64,000 nucleotides of DNA from Microbacteriaceae bacterium. GTDB taxonomy: Bacteria; Actinomycetota; Actinomycetes; Actinomycetales; Microbacteriaceae. The translations under genes and the position numbers were made by a program. The notes beneath the pieces are model-generated. The model ran no database searches. It saw only the letters and a program-made list of their open reading frames with translations, and was not told the DNA's origin. Shown here piece by piece: positions 24,967 to 34,583 of this stretch (its first letter is position 1; the number at the start of each line of letters is the position of its first letter). The DNA lies in NCBI GenBank assembly GCA_025352325.1, contig JANXTR010000053.1, positions 13,567-77,566 on the forward strand, read 5' to 3'.

Positions 24967-25791
24967 ATGGCGGAACGAGTCGAGGACTGGTGGGGTCGAC
25001 GACAGTTCACCCACGACGATCCTGTCCCCTACCCGGTCGGCGCCTACCGCGAGGCGTGGGCGCCCTATCCGATGTTGATCCGGCAGTACCACCCGGAGCT
25101 CAACGCCGGGATCACCCTGACGCAGGTCCCGCCTGCGGCCGACGTCCTCCTGCTCTGGGAGTGCGAGGTCGGTCATCAGTTCGCCGCGACACCCGCCGAG
25201 CAGAGATCGCGGCCGGGCCGCGAACGGCGCCGATCCTCGTGGTGCCCGGAGTGTTTTTCGCTGGCGAAGCCACGGCGAGTCCGCGCCGCCGGCGAGGTCC
25301 GTCCCCCGCGTCGGTCGACGGCACCCGTGATGTGTCGGAAGACGCCCGCTCTGCCGCCCGGCGCATCATTCCTGAGCTCCTGCGCGCCGAAGCCGTCCTC
25401 CGCCATCGAGGGTCGGCTCCGCTTCGACCTCGAGCACCGGCTCTCCACGAGTTGGGGTGACAACGCCGTGCGGGTGAGGCGGCCATTCTTCGACCACCTC
25501 GAGGTGTGGCCCGACATCCTCCTCCCTGAGCTCCGGGTCGCGGTCGAGTACGACAGCCCGGGACGTTTCGGGCTCGAGCACGTCGGGACGAGGCAGCTCG
25601 CCGACGAGCGCAAGGACCGCGCGCTGCGGGCCGTCGGATGGGAGGTCGTGCGGATCCGTACCGGGCAGCTCGAGCCGCTCGGCCCGTGGGACCTGCAGCT
25701 GACCACGTTCGGGAAGCGCGGCGTCGACCGGGTGATCGATCGGCTTCGCGACATCCGGGGACCGCTGCTCATCGACGCGTACCTGCTCTGA
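24967..25791 (+). CDS. Zinc-ribbon (DUF4379-like) plus DUF559/Vsr-like endonuclease-fold protein
   Basis: Starts MAERVEDWW at 24967. The treble-clef pattern is WECEVGHQFAATPAEQRS....WCPEC. The C-terminal VAVEYDSPGRFGLEH...ADERKDRALRAVGWEVVRIR resembles the DUF559 restriction-endonuclease-like fold. Confidence 0.7.
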   Translation: MAERVEDWWGRRQFTHDDPVPYPVGAYREAWAPYPMLIRQYHPELNAGITLTQVPPAADVLLLWECEVGHQFAATPAEQRSRPGRERRRSSWCPECFSLAKPRRVRAAGEVRPPRRSTAPVMCRKTPALPPGASFLSSCAPKPSSAIEGRLRFDLEHRLSTSWGDNAVRVRRPFFDHLEVWPDILLPELRVAVEYDSPGRFGLEHVGTRQLADERKDRALRAVGWEVVRIRTGQLEPLGPWDLQLTTFGKRGVDRVIDRLRDIRGPLLIDAYLL

Positions 25792-25820
25792 CGGCGCCGA
25801 CGCTCCGGCTGCGCGGAGCC

Positions 25821-27080
25821 TCAGCGGTCGACGGTGACCCGGTACATCGCTGCCTCGTGCGGGGCGATCATGGCACCGATCTCGCCCGAGCTCACCGAGT
25901 CCGTGCCGGACCACACATCGTGGATCGCGAACCTCGACCCGTGGAGACCCACCGCCGAGGCGGTCGTCGACATGGTCTGCTGCGTATCCGTCGAGTTGAA
26001 CAGGACGACGGCACGACCGCCGTCGGCGAGGGGCTTGCTGAGCACCCAGAGCCCGCCGCTTCCCGCGGGCTTCCCGTTCTGCCGCACCGGGGCCGCCTGC
26101 GCGCCACGCGCATCCTGATCGATCGCGATCGCCTCGGCATTGGAGTAGATCGCCAGATCCTCGGGGCTGAGCGATCGCATATCCGCTCCGGCGACGAGGG
26201 GGGCGGCCATCGCCGCCCACAGGGTGAACTCGGTCCGCTGCTCGGTCGCGGTCATCCCGCCGTTGCCCACCTCGAGCATGTCGGGATCGTTCCAGCCGCC
26301 GGGACCGGCGGCTGCTGACAGGGCCACGTTCTGGCGGAAGATGGCGAGCATCGAGCCGTAGTTGTCGGCGATGTCGTGGGTGGTGCGCCAGGACTGACCC
26401 ACCCCGGCGCCCCACGTCCACGGATGGTGCACGCCCCACTCGCAGATGGCGAAGAAGATCGACCGCCCCGTGGCACGCAGGGCATCGCGCATGGCGACGT
26501 AGCGCGCGATGTACTGGCTCGTCGTCGACTGCCCGGCGTGGTTGCAGTTGTCGTACTTGAGGATGTCGACGCCCCACCTCGCAAACGTCCGCGCGTCGAG
26601 CCGCTCATGGCCGAGGCTGCCGGGGAATCCGGCGCAGGTCTCGGTGCCCGCGTCCTCGTAGATGCCGAGCAGGAACCCTCGCGCGTGCAGGTAGCGCGCC
26701 ACCGCGGCGATCCCCTGCGGGAACTTGACGGGATCCGGCACGAGCTCGCCGGTCTGCGCGTCGCGCCGGGGCGCCATCCAGCAGTCGTCAATGTCGACGG
26801 AGTCGTAGCCGAGCTTCTGGAGGCCGTTGGCGGCCAACGCATCCGCGGTGCGTTCGACGAGTGCCGCGTCGACCGAGCACCCGAAATGATTCCAGCTGTT
26901 CCAGCCCATCGGCGGGGTGCTGGCGATACCCGTCGCTACCTGGACGCTTCGCGCCGGCGACGGAGACGCCGGCGACGACCGGACCGCGACCAGCGCGACG
27001 ACAAGAACGAGCACGAGGACGGCCGCTCCGGACGCCGCCAGCAGGATCGCCCGACGACGCGCCACGACTCGAAGCGACAT
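25821..27080 (-). CDS. GH27 alpha-galactosidase, secreted or membrane-anchored
   Basis: 419-aa ORF. N-terminal Arg-rich segment plus a long hydrophobic stretch (RRRAILLAASGAAVLVLVLVVALVAV). GH27 motifs are PPMGWNSWNHFGC, DIDDCW and LKYDNC. Confidence 0.9.
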   Translation of the reverse strand: MSLRVVARRRAILLAASGAAVLVLVLVVALVAVRSSPASPSPARSVQVATGIASTPPMGWNSWNHFGCSVDAALVERTADALAANGLQKLGYDSVDIDDCWMAPRRDAQTGELVPDPVKFPQGIAAVARYLHARGFLLGIYEDAGTETCAGFPGSLGHERLDARTFARWGVDILKYDNCNHAGQSTTSQYIARYVAMRDALRATGRSIFFAICEWGVHHPWTWGAGVGQSWRTTHDIADNYGSMLAIFRQNVALSAAAGPGGWNDPDMLEVGNGGMTATEQRTEFTLWAAMAAPLVAGADMRSLSPEDLAIYSNAEAIAIDQDARGAQAAPVRQNGKPAGSGGLWVLSKPLADGGRAVVLFNSTDTQQTMSTTASAVGLHGSRFAIHDVWSGTDSVSSGEIGAMIAPHEAAMYRVTVDR

Positions 27081-27120
27081 GGGGGCGACTCCGATCCTGG
27101 CTCCTGCTTCCTCCCGAACC

Positions 27121-29235
27121 CTATTCGCCCGGATCCTCCGCCGCGGTGACGTGGAGGAGGATGGCGTGCTCGGGAAGGAGGATCGGCATCGGAAGCCCGA
27201 CTTCGCTCAGGAAAGAACCTGATGCCACCACCGAGTCCACTGTCCACGGAACGACGCTGCGCTGCTCGTACGGCATCGCGCTGGTCGGGAACACGACGGC
27301 GACCCGGTACAGCCGGCTCGCCTCGAGTCCCGGCAGGGCGATGCGTCCGGGGATCTCGTCCTCGGCGCTGCGCACGCACGCGAAGGAAAACAGTGCCTCC
27401 CGCCCGCCCCGCGCGACGACCCCCTGGAGTCGGTGCGCGTCGTCTCGGAAGTCGGCATGGACCGCGACCCCCGAGTGCAGGAGGGCGCGGTGCTGCTTGT
27501 ACAGGGCGACCGCGTCCCGGAGCTGCGCGAACTCGGACTCGTCGAGCCCGCGGACGTCCCATTCGATGCCGAAGTGGCCGAACATCGCGGTGACGGCGCG
27601 GAAGGACAGCGAATGGGTTCGCGCGGTGGTGTGCGAGAGCGTTGGACCGACGTGCGTGCCGATCAGTTCGAGGGGCAGGAGCGCCTGCGTCCAACGCTGG
27701 ATCGTCTGGCGCTCGAGCGCGTCGTTGCAGTCGGACGCCCACACCCGATCGGTGCGCTCGAGGACTCCCAGATCCACCCGCGCGCCGCCCGAGGAGCAGC
27801 TCTCGATCTCGACATCCGGATGCGCCGCCTTGAGCGCGTCGAAGAGACGGTACGCGGCATCCGTCTGGCGATGAGCCGAGGCCCGCCCATCGTGTCCCAT
27901 CTCGACCAGGTCGCGATTCTGATCCCATTTGAGGTACGAGATGCGGTTGTCGGTGAGCAGTGCGTCGATCCGATCGAAGACGTACCGCCAGGCGTCCGGG
28001 TTCGCGAGGTCGATGACCTGCTGATGCCGCCACTCGACAGGAGTCCGGGTGCCGGGGCCGCTGATCCAGTCTGGGTGCTCCCGGATGACGTCCGAGTCCT
28101 CGTTGATCATCTCCGGTTCGACCCAGAGCCCGAACTCCATGCCCTGCGCGTGGACGCCCTCGATGAGCGGAGTCAGCCCGGACGGCCATACCGCGGCATC
28201 GACGGTCCAGTCGCCGAGTCCCATGCGGTCGGATCGACGGCCGTGGAACCACCCGTCATCGAGCACGAAGCGTTCGACGCCCAGCAGTCCGGCGACCCGC
28301 GCCAGGTCGAGCAGGGCGTCCAGGCCGTGGTCGAAGTAGACCGCCTCCCAGGTGTTGAGCACCACGGGGCGCGGGCTCCGGGGGTGCGATCCGCGCGCGC
28401 GGATCCACTCGTGGAAGACGTCGGACACCCCGTCGATGCCGGTGGTCGAGTGGGCCGCGTAGACCCACGGCGTGCGGTAGGTCTCCCCGACGGACAGCTC
28501 CATCTCGCCGGGCTGGAACAGCTCGCCGGAGCCGATCATCGCGGGCGCTGCCGGCGTCTTCTCGACGTATGTCGCACGGTTGCCGCTGTACCCGAAGTGC
28601 GTCGCCCAGACCTCGCCGTGCCGGTTCGAGAATCCGGATGCCCCCACCATTGTGAGCACGGAGCTGTCGTGTCCCGTCCGCCCGTGCCGGTACTCGCGCA
28701 GCCAGGTCCCCTGTCGCAGCGCCTGACGTTGAGGATGCTGCTCGCGACACCATCGCCCGGTCAGGTCGAGCACCTCGGAGGCGATGGGGCCGACCGGCAG
28801 TACGACGTTCATGCCCTCGAGGGCATACAACTCGTCCGACTCATTAGTGAGCTCGTGCCGCACCCGGAGCATGCCTCCCGCGCTCATCGACAGTCGGATC
28901 GTCACGACGAGGCGTTCCTCGGCGGCGACCAGCGTGATCGAGGCCTCCCCCGCATCCTGGGTGACGTCGGTGGTGACGAACGACGGCGAGAAGTCCCGCC
29001 CGTCCCGTCGATGACCGGAGAGGGCAGGTCGACCTCGCCACCCCGTCGCGGCCTGGGGGAACAGCTCGAGCACGATCGGAGCGTCGTAGTGGGAATGCGC
29101 AACCGGGTTGCCCAGGGCGAGGGGAACCACCGGGTCCTCGCCGAGATCACGACCCCAGTGGATGACGACCGGCACCGGGCCCGAGACATCGACGGCGAGC
29201 GCCGACCCACCGCCACGCAGATAGAGGAGCGTCAC
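27121..29235 (-). CDS. GH36 alpha-galactosidase
   Basis: 704-aa ORF. Motifs are NTWEAVYFDH, FVLDDGWF, FGLWVEPEM, YLKWDQNRD and ESCSSGGAR. The GTG start forms a GTGA overlap with the GH42 stop. Confidence 0.92.
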   Translation of the reverse strand: MTLLYLRGGGSALAVDVSGPVPVVIHWGRDLGEDPVVPLALGNPVAHSHYDAPIVLELFPQAATGWRGRPALSGHRRDGRDFSPSFVTTDVTQDAGEASITLVAAEERLVVTIRLSMSAGGMLRVRHELTNESDELYALEGMNVVLPVGPIASEVLDLTGRWCREQHPQRQALRQGTWLREYRHGRTGHDSSVLTMVGASGFSNRHGEVWATHFGYSGNRATYVEKTPAAPAMIGSGELFQPGEMELSVGETYRTPWVYAAHSTTGIDGVSDVFHEWIRARGSHPRSPRPVVLNTWEAVYFDHGLDALLDLARVAGLLGVERFVLDDGWFHGRRSDRMGLGDWTVDAAVWPSGLTPLIEGVHAQGMEFGLWVEPEMINEDSDVIREHPDWISGPGTRTPVEWRHQQVIDLANPDAWRYVFDRIDALLTDNRISYLKWDQNRDLVEMGHDGRASAHRQTDAAYRLFDALKAAHPDVEIESCSSGGARVDLGVLERTDRVWASDCNDALERQTIQRWTQALLPLELIGTHVGPTLSHTTARTHSLSFRAVTAMFGHFGIEWDVRGLDESEFAQLRDAVALYKQHRALLHSGVAVHADFRDDAHRLQGVVARGGREALFSFACVRSAEDEIPGRIALPGLEASRLYRVAVVFPTSAMPYEQRSVVPWTVDSVVASGSFLSEVGLPMPILLPEHAILLHVTAAEDPGE

Positions 29236-31259
29236 GAGGCGTCGACCCGGACGACGGCAACCTGTCCGGCCTCCACGCGCAGCGATCCGTCCACCGTCCG
29301 GCCCGAGAGCAGCTCGACCCCCACGATCGCGACCTCCGCCGCCTGCGTCCCATGGTTGATGACGAAGACCCAGCTCCTGTCACCGGCACTGCGCGAGACG
29401 ATCTCGACATCGTCAGAGGCTCCTGGCGCGGACACAATCCGGCCACCGCCGCCGACCTGCTCGAGGAGCTCCAGCATGCCCGCGCGGTCGAGCGAGGTTC
29501 CCACGTAGTACGCAACGCCGGTACCGAACGATCGACGTGTGACCGCGGGCGATCCGGCAGTGGCTCCGCCCGCATACTCCGCGAGGACCTCGGCGGTGGT
29601 GACCGTGCCGTATTCGCTAAAAACCCGACCGAACCCGAACCGCGTCAGCTCGACCTGCTCCTCCGCCAGGAGGGGGAAGAACTCCTCCATCGAGACACCG
29701 AGCAGCTCCGCGAACGCGCCCGGATACGATCCGAGGTGCAGGTGGTCGTCCTCGTCAACGATGCCCGAGAAGTAGGTCACGATCAGCGCCCCACCCTGTT
29801 CGACGTAACCGGTGAGGTTGTCGATCCCGTCCTGGGTGATCAGGTACTGCACCGGCACGATCACGACGTCGTAGCGGCTCACCTCGTCGATCGAACGACG
29901 AATGTCGCTCGTCACCCCGGTCGAGAGGAGGGCCGAGTGCCACCGGCGGGTCTCGGCGATGACATCCACGTCGACGCTGGGGTGATCGCTCAGCTCATTG
30001 CCCCACCGGGCATCGGTGTCATGGATGATCGCCACGGACGGCGGCGTCACCCGCGAGCCGACGACCTCCGAGATCGCCTGCAGGGACCGGCCCAGCTCGA
30101 CAACCTCGCGCCAGCGGGCCGTCGATACACCGCCGTGCGGCAGCATCGCCGAATGGAACTTCTCGGTGCCCGCCACCGAGGCGCGCCACTGGAAGAACAG
30201 GGCGGCGTCCGCCCCCCGCGCGACGTGCTGCATCGTGTTGCGCAGCATCTCGCCTGGCGCCTTGGCCCGGTTGCGCGGCTGCCAGTTGACGGCCGAGGTG
30301 GAGTGCTCCATCAGCATCCACGGTTCACCCCCCGCGAGGCCGCGCAGGAAGTCGGCGGTCATCGCGAGCTCCTGATACCCCCGCGGATCGGCGGCGATCA
30401 GGTAGTGATCGTTCGAGACGATGTCCATCTCCTCCGACCACTTCCAGTAGTCGATCGGCTTGTCGAGGCCCATCGAGAAGCCCATGAAATTCGTCGTCAC
30501 CGGATGCGATGAGCCGTCGCGGATGATCGCCGCCTCCGCGCGGAAGCAGTCGAGCAGTTCGTCCGACGAGAACCGAGCGAAGTCGAGCACCTGGCAGGTG
30601 TTGACGCTCGCCCCCGACTGGCGTGGTGGTGTGATCTCCCGAAAGCTCGAGTAGTGCTGCGACCAGAACGCGGTGCCCCACGCCGCGTTCACCGCGTCGA
30701 TCGTGCCGTACTTCGCCGCCAGCCAGACCTGGAACGCGCGACCCGACACCTCGCAGTAGCAGGGCTGATTGTGACAGCCGTACTCGTTGTGCACGTGCCA
30801 CATGACGACGGCGGGATGCGACGCGTAGCGGTCGACGATCTTCCGGGTCAGCGCGGCCGCCGCCCGACGATAGTCGGCGCTGGAGGCGCAGAACGCCTGC
30901 CGGGACCCGTAGCCGAGCCGCACGCCCGAGCGGGTGACCGGGAGGGACTCCGGATACGCGTGCGAGAGCCACGGGGGCGGTGAGGCGCTGGCATTGGCCA
31001 GATCCACGCGGATGCCGGCGTTGTGGAGCAGCTCGAGGACGTCGTCGAGCCATCCGAACTCGTAGACCCCCTCGGTCGGTTCGAGCAGCGCCCAGGAGAA
31101 GATCCCGACGCTGACGAGGTTGACGCCCGCCTCCTTCATCAGGGCGACGTCCTCCGCCCAGACCGAGGGATCCCACTGCTCGGGGTTGTAGTCGCCGCCG
31201 AATCCAATGCGAGGGGTTCCGTCATCCGACAGGAGCCTGCTCAATCGGTCCATGCTCAT
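29232..31259 (-). CDS. GH42 beta-galactosidase
   Basis: Starts MSMDRLSRLL at 31259, in an ATGA overlap with the permease stop. Motifs are GGDYNPEQW, WHVHNEYG (acid/base Glu) and EHSTSAVNW (nucleophile Glu). The 901-aa track ORF is an upstream shadow extension. Confidence 0.92.
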   Translation of the reverse strand: MSMDRLSRLLSDDGTPRIGFGGDYNPEQWDPSVWAEDVALMKEAGVNLVSVGIFSWALLEPTEGVYEFGWLDDVLELLHNAGIRVDLANASASPPPWLSHAYPESLPVTRSGVRLGYGSRQAFCASSADYRRAAAALTRKIVDRYASHPAVVMWHVHNEYGCHNQPCYCEVSGRAFQVWLAAKYGTIDAVNAAWGTAFWSQHYSSFREITPPRQSGASVNTCQVLDFARFSSDELLDCFRAEAAIIRDGSSHPVTTNFMGFSMGLDKPIDYWKWSEEMDIVSNDHYLIAADPRGYQELAMTADFLRGLAGGEPWMLMEHSTSAVNWQPRNRAKAPGEMLRNTMQHVARGADAALFFQWRASVAGTEKFHSAMLPHGGVSTARWREVVELGRSLQAISEVVGSRVTPPSVAIIHDTDARWGNELSDHPSVDVDVIAETRRWHSALLSTGVTSDIRRSIDEVSRYDVVIVPVQYLITQDGIDNLTGYVEQGGALIVTYFSGIVDEDDHLHLGSYPGAFAELLGVSMEEFFPLLAEEQVELTRFGFGRVFSEYGTVTTAEVLAEYAGGATAGSPAVTRRSFGTGVAYYVGTSLDRAGMLELLEQVGGGGRIVSAPGASDDVEIVSRSAGDRSWVFVINHGTQAAEVAIVGVELLSGRTVDGSLRVEAGQVAVVRVDAS

Positions 31260-32173
31260 CCCTTGCTCGCTCCCAGTGTCAGGCCGGAGACAAACTGCTT
31301 CTGTAACACGAGATAGATGATCAGCGTGGGAATCACGGTGATCATCGCTCCGGCCGCCAGCAGATTGTAGTTCGAGAGGAACTGCCCCTGGAGGTTCTTG
31401 ATCGCCGTCGTCACCGGGAGCCTGTTGCCGCTCTGAATGAAGAGCAACGGCCAGAAAAAGTCGTTGTAGATGAAGATGACCTCGAGGGTGCCGAGAGCAG
31501 CGAAGGCCGGGCGGGTTAGGGGGACGATGATGCCCCAGTACTGACGCCAGACACCGGCTCCGTCGACGAATGCCGCCTCGGTGAGGTCCTGGGGGAGCGC
31601 CTTCATGTAGTTCGACAGTACGAAGGTGCAGAAGCCGATCTGGAAGGCCGTGTTCACGGCGATGACAGCCGTGTAGGTGTTCAGGAGATTGCCCGAGTCG
31701 CTCACGCTGTACGGCAATGGGAAATGCTTGAACATCTCGAAGAGGGGAGTCGCGAGCACCTGCGGCGGCAAGAGGTTGCCCGCCGTGAACATGATCAACA
31801 GGGTGACGTTGAACTTCCAGCTGAACCGTGACACCGCGAACGCCATCATCGAGGCGAACAACAACGTGAGGATGACCGTCGGGATCGTGATGATGATCGA
31901 GTTGCCAAAATAGGTGGCGAATCCGCCCTGGTTCCACGCCGTCACGAAGTTGTCGAAGTTGAACGCCCCACCGAAGCTGAAATAGCCGTACTTGTCGGTG
32001 TCGGCCTTCGGGCGCAGAGCCGTGAAGACCGTCCAGGCGAGCGGAATCAGCCAGACGATCGACATGACGATGAGGAAGAGGTGCGTTCCGAAGCGGGGGC
32101 GCTGCTTCTTCCGGGTTCCGCCCCCGTAGACCTTCTCGGGCTTGAAGGTGATGAGCGCAGGTGTCGACATCAT
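31256..32173 (-). CDS. Carbohydrate ABC transporter permease (MalG-like)
   Basis: 305-aa ORF with multiple TM spans and EAA loop TEAAFVDGAGVWRQYWGIIVPLTRP. Confidence 0.92.
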   Translation of the reverse strand: MMSTPALITFKPEKVYGGGTRKKQRPRFGTHLFLIVMSIVWLIPLAWTVFTALRPKADTDKYGYFSFGGAFNFDNFVTAWNQGGFATYFGNSIIITIPTVILTLLFASMMAFAVSRFSWKFNVTLLIMFTAGNLLPPQVLATPLFEMFKHFPLPYSVSDSGNLLNTYTAVIAVNTAFQIGFCTFVLSNYMKALPQDLTEAAFVDGAGVWRQYWGIIVPLTRPAFAALGTLEVIFIYNDFFWPLLFIQSGNRLPVTTAIKNLQGQFLSNYNLLAAGAMITVIPTLIIYLVLQKQFVSGLTLGASKG

Positions 32174-33126
32174 TCCTCTTTCTTGAAGGTACGGCTCAGG
32201 TACAGCACGATCGGAACCAACGAGATCACCAGGAGCACTACCGCCAGAGCGGATCCGATCCCGATCACCTGCCCCTCACCGACGAGGTTCTGGATCACAA
32301 GAGCGCTGATCAACTCGAGGCCGTTCGTGCCGCGGTTGATGATGTACACGATGTCGAAGGCCCGGAGGGACTCGATGATGGTGATCACCACGATGACGAT
32401 GTTGATCGGGCGCATCACCGGGAACACAACCCGGAAGAAGATCTGCACCGCGTTGGCCCCGTCGAGGGAGGCGGCCTCCCTCAAGGAAGGATCGACTCCC
32501 TTCAGTCCGGCCAGATACAGGATCATCACGTACCCGGCGTGACGCCAGGTGGCCGCGATGAGAGCCGCCCAGATGTTCACGTGGGGGTCGCCGAACCAGT
32601 CGACGGCCCTCGGAGTTCCCGACGTCCCCAGCAGGAAGTTCAGGAGTCCGTTGTTCTGGGAGTAGAACAACTGCCAGATGATCCCGATAAGCACGAGGGA
32701 CAGCATCACCGGGGTGAAGAAGATGCTCTGGTAGATCCGCGAGCCGCGGATGTTCTGATCGAGAAGGATCGCCAGCAGCAGCCCGATCGGCGTCGCGATG
32801 ACCGCGAGGAACACCAGCCAGAGCAGGTTGTGCTGCAAGGCGGGCCAGAACGGCGGGTACGTCGAGAAGATGAACTCGTAGTTCGCGGTCCCGGCCGGAC
32901 GGATGTCGGAGAACGCCAGCCCATTCCACCGCACGAACGACAGCAGCACCGAGAGCACCGTCGGAATCCAGACCAGCACGAGCTGGATCAGAGTGGGAAT
33001 CGCCACCATCGCGGCGAGGACGACCTTGTCGCGGCGATTGAGCAGGCTGTAGCGCCGCCGAGGGCGACGGGGCGCGGGCCCCGCCGCCCCCGGCGCCACA
33101 TCGCGCACGGGTGCTTCGACGGTCAC
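32170..33126 (-). CDS. Carbohydrate ABC transporter permease (MalF-like)
   Basis: 318-aa ORF with EAA loop REAASLDGANAVQIFFRVVFPVMRP. It overlaps the downstream permease by 4 nt. Confidence 0.92.
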   Translation of the reverse strand: MTVEAPVRDVAPGAAGPAPRRPRRRYSLLNRRDKVVLAAMVAIPTLIQLVLVWIPTVLSVLLSFVRWNGLAFSDIRPAGTANYEFIFSTYPPFWPALQHNLLWLVFLAVIATPIGLLLAILLDQNIRGSRIYQSIFFTPVMLSLVLIGIIWQLFYSQNNGLLNFLLGTSGTPRAVDWFGDPHVNIWAALIAATWRHAGYVMILYLAGLKGVDPSLREAASLDGANAVQIFFRVVFPVMRPINIVIVVITIIESLRAFDIVYIINRGTNGLELISALVIQNLVGEGQVIGIGSALAVVLLVISLVPIVLYLSRTFKKEE

Positions 33127-33138
33127 GAAGACACTCGA

Positions 33139-34449
33139 CTACTGAGCCGCGTAGAGCGCTTTTGCCTGGGCCTCGAGGTTGGCCGTGTCGATGGTGCCGT
33201 CCTTCAGGAACCCCTGCAGGGCCGGGATCATCACATTGTTGGCCATCGCCGGCAGCGCGTCACGGTCGAAGAACTGACTGATGTGCTTCGCGCCGGAGAT
33301 GACACCGGCGAGCTTCTTGTTGAACTCCGAGTACGACGAGGTGTCGGCCGTCTTCACCGTCATCAGGTTCGACTTGTCCACCGAGAAGTACGCCTCCTGG
33401 CCCGCCGCGCTCCCCATGAACGCGAGGAAGTCGTGCGCCGCCTGGTTGTCGCCGCCCTTCTTCGAGAGCATGAGCCCGTCGATGGGAGCCTCGACCGAAT
33501 CCGTTCCCTCCATGGCGATCTCCGGGAAGGGGAAGAAGTCGATGTCGGCCAAGACAGCGGGATCGGTGAACTGCTGGGTCACGAAGGAGCCCAGGAGGTA
33601 CATCCCGGCCGTTCCGGCACCGAGGGTCTGGGCGCCCTCCTGCCAGGTGAGTCCCAGAGCATCGGGCGACTGGTAGGGGAGCAACTGCTTCCAGTTGTCG
33701 AAGACGTCCTTGACCTTCTTCTGGTCCCAGGATTCCTTGTGGGCGGTGAGGTCCATGTGGAACTGGTAGCCGTTGGTCCGCATGTTGATGTAGTCGAAGG
33801 TGCCCATCGCCGGCCAGCCGTCCTTGTCGGCGAAGGCGATCGGGGTCAAGCCGTCGGCCTTCATCCGCTTGGCGAGAGCGATCAGGTCGTCGAACTTGGC
33901 CGGGACCGTGTATCCCTTGGCCTGCCACACGCTCTTGCGGTAGAAGAAGCCCCAGGGGTAGTTGTAGTTCGGCACGAAGTACTTCTTGCCGTCGTCGCCG
34001 GTCGACGCCTGGGCGAGTCCCGCACTGAAGTCGCCGCCGATCTTCTTCCAGACGTCGTCGACGGGCGCGACCAGATCCTTGCCCGCGTAGTAGCGCATGC
34101 GGTAGCCCGCGAACCAGGTGAACGAGTCATCTGGGCTGCCCTGGAGGTAGGTGTTGATGTTGTTCTGGAAGTCATTGTGGGAGACCGTGTTGGTGGTCAC
34201 CTTGTCGCCGGACTTCTTGTTGAAGGCCGAGACCATGGCGGCATAGGCGCGCTTGGGCACGTCGTCAGACGAGCCCGAGCCGAACGTCAGCGTCTTCGAG
34301 GCGGTGGCTCCACCCCCCGTGGAACCGGTACCGGTGCACGCCGCCAGGGCGGCTAGTGCCCCCAGGCCCACGGCGCCCGACACCAGGGCCCGACGGCTCA
34401 TGGCCACCCCAGTTGCGCGGCTGAACGAACTCAAGTTCTCATTGCTCAT
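33139..34449 (-). CDS. ABC transporter sugar-binding lipoprotein
   Basis: 436-aa ORF with a Tat-like/lipoprotein signal SRRALVSGAVGLGALAALAACTG and typical family-1 SBP composition. Confidence 0.92.
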   Translation of the reverse strand: MSNENLSSFSRATGVAMSRRALVSGAVGLGALAALAACTGTGSTGGGATASKTLTFGSGSSDDVPKRAYAAMVSAFNKKSGDKVTTNTVSHNDFQNNINTYLQGSPDDSFTWFAGYRMRYYAGKDLVAPVDDVWKKIGGDFSAGLAQASTGDDGKKYFVPNYNYPWGFFYRKSVWQAKGYTVPAKFDDLIALAKRMKADGLTPIAFADKDGWPAMGTFDYINMRTNGYQFHMDLTAHKESWDQKKVKDVFDNWKQLLPYQSPDALGLTWQEGAQTLGAGTAGMYLLGSFVTQQFTDPAVLADIDFFPFPEIAMEGTDSVEAPIDGLMLSKKGGDNQAAHDFLAFMGSAAGQEAYFSVDKSNLMTVKTADTSSYSEFNKKLAGVISGAKHISQFFDRDALPAMANNVMIPALQGFLKDGTIDTANLEAQAKALYAAQ

Positions 34450-34583
34450 TCGAAATTACTCCCTTGTAATCAGAAATGCGGTGAACGTCGATCGAGCCAC
34501 GGCTGATGCCGTTTCACCCGGCGCCGCCAAATATACACGAGTAGATGGCCGCGAAACCAGAGCCATCCCGTGGGCGATTCCCG

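Noticed and set aside
29232-31937. 901-aa version of the GH42 ORF and similar long N-terminal extensions (3820..5241, 39000..40112, 41116..42375, 55068..56897, 49158..50798)
   Set aside because: The extensions run through the upstream gene in another frame and have non-protein-like composition. Internal starts with SD sequences or ATGA/GTGA overlaps give normal family lengths.
31256-34449. Visibly lower G+C of the ABC permease and SBP genes (also 18686..21864) as evidence of horizontal transfer
   Set aside because: Third codon positions remain overwhelmingly G/C. The lower overall G+C comes from the Phe/Ile/Leu/Tyr/Asn/Lys-rich amino-acid composition of membrane and binding proteins, not from foreign codon usage.
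34450-34583. LacI operator in the spacer between the LacI gene and the SBP operon
   Set aside because: The candidate stretches, GTGAACGTCGATCGAGCCAC and TTGTAATCAGAAA, are poor palindromes when checked base by base. I cannot support a specific site.
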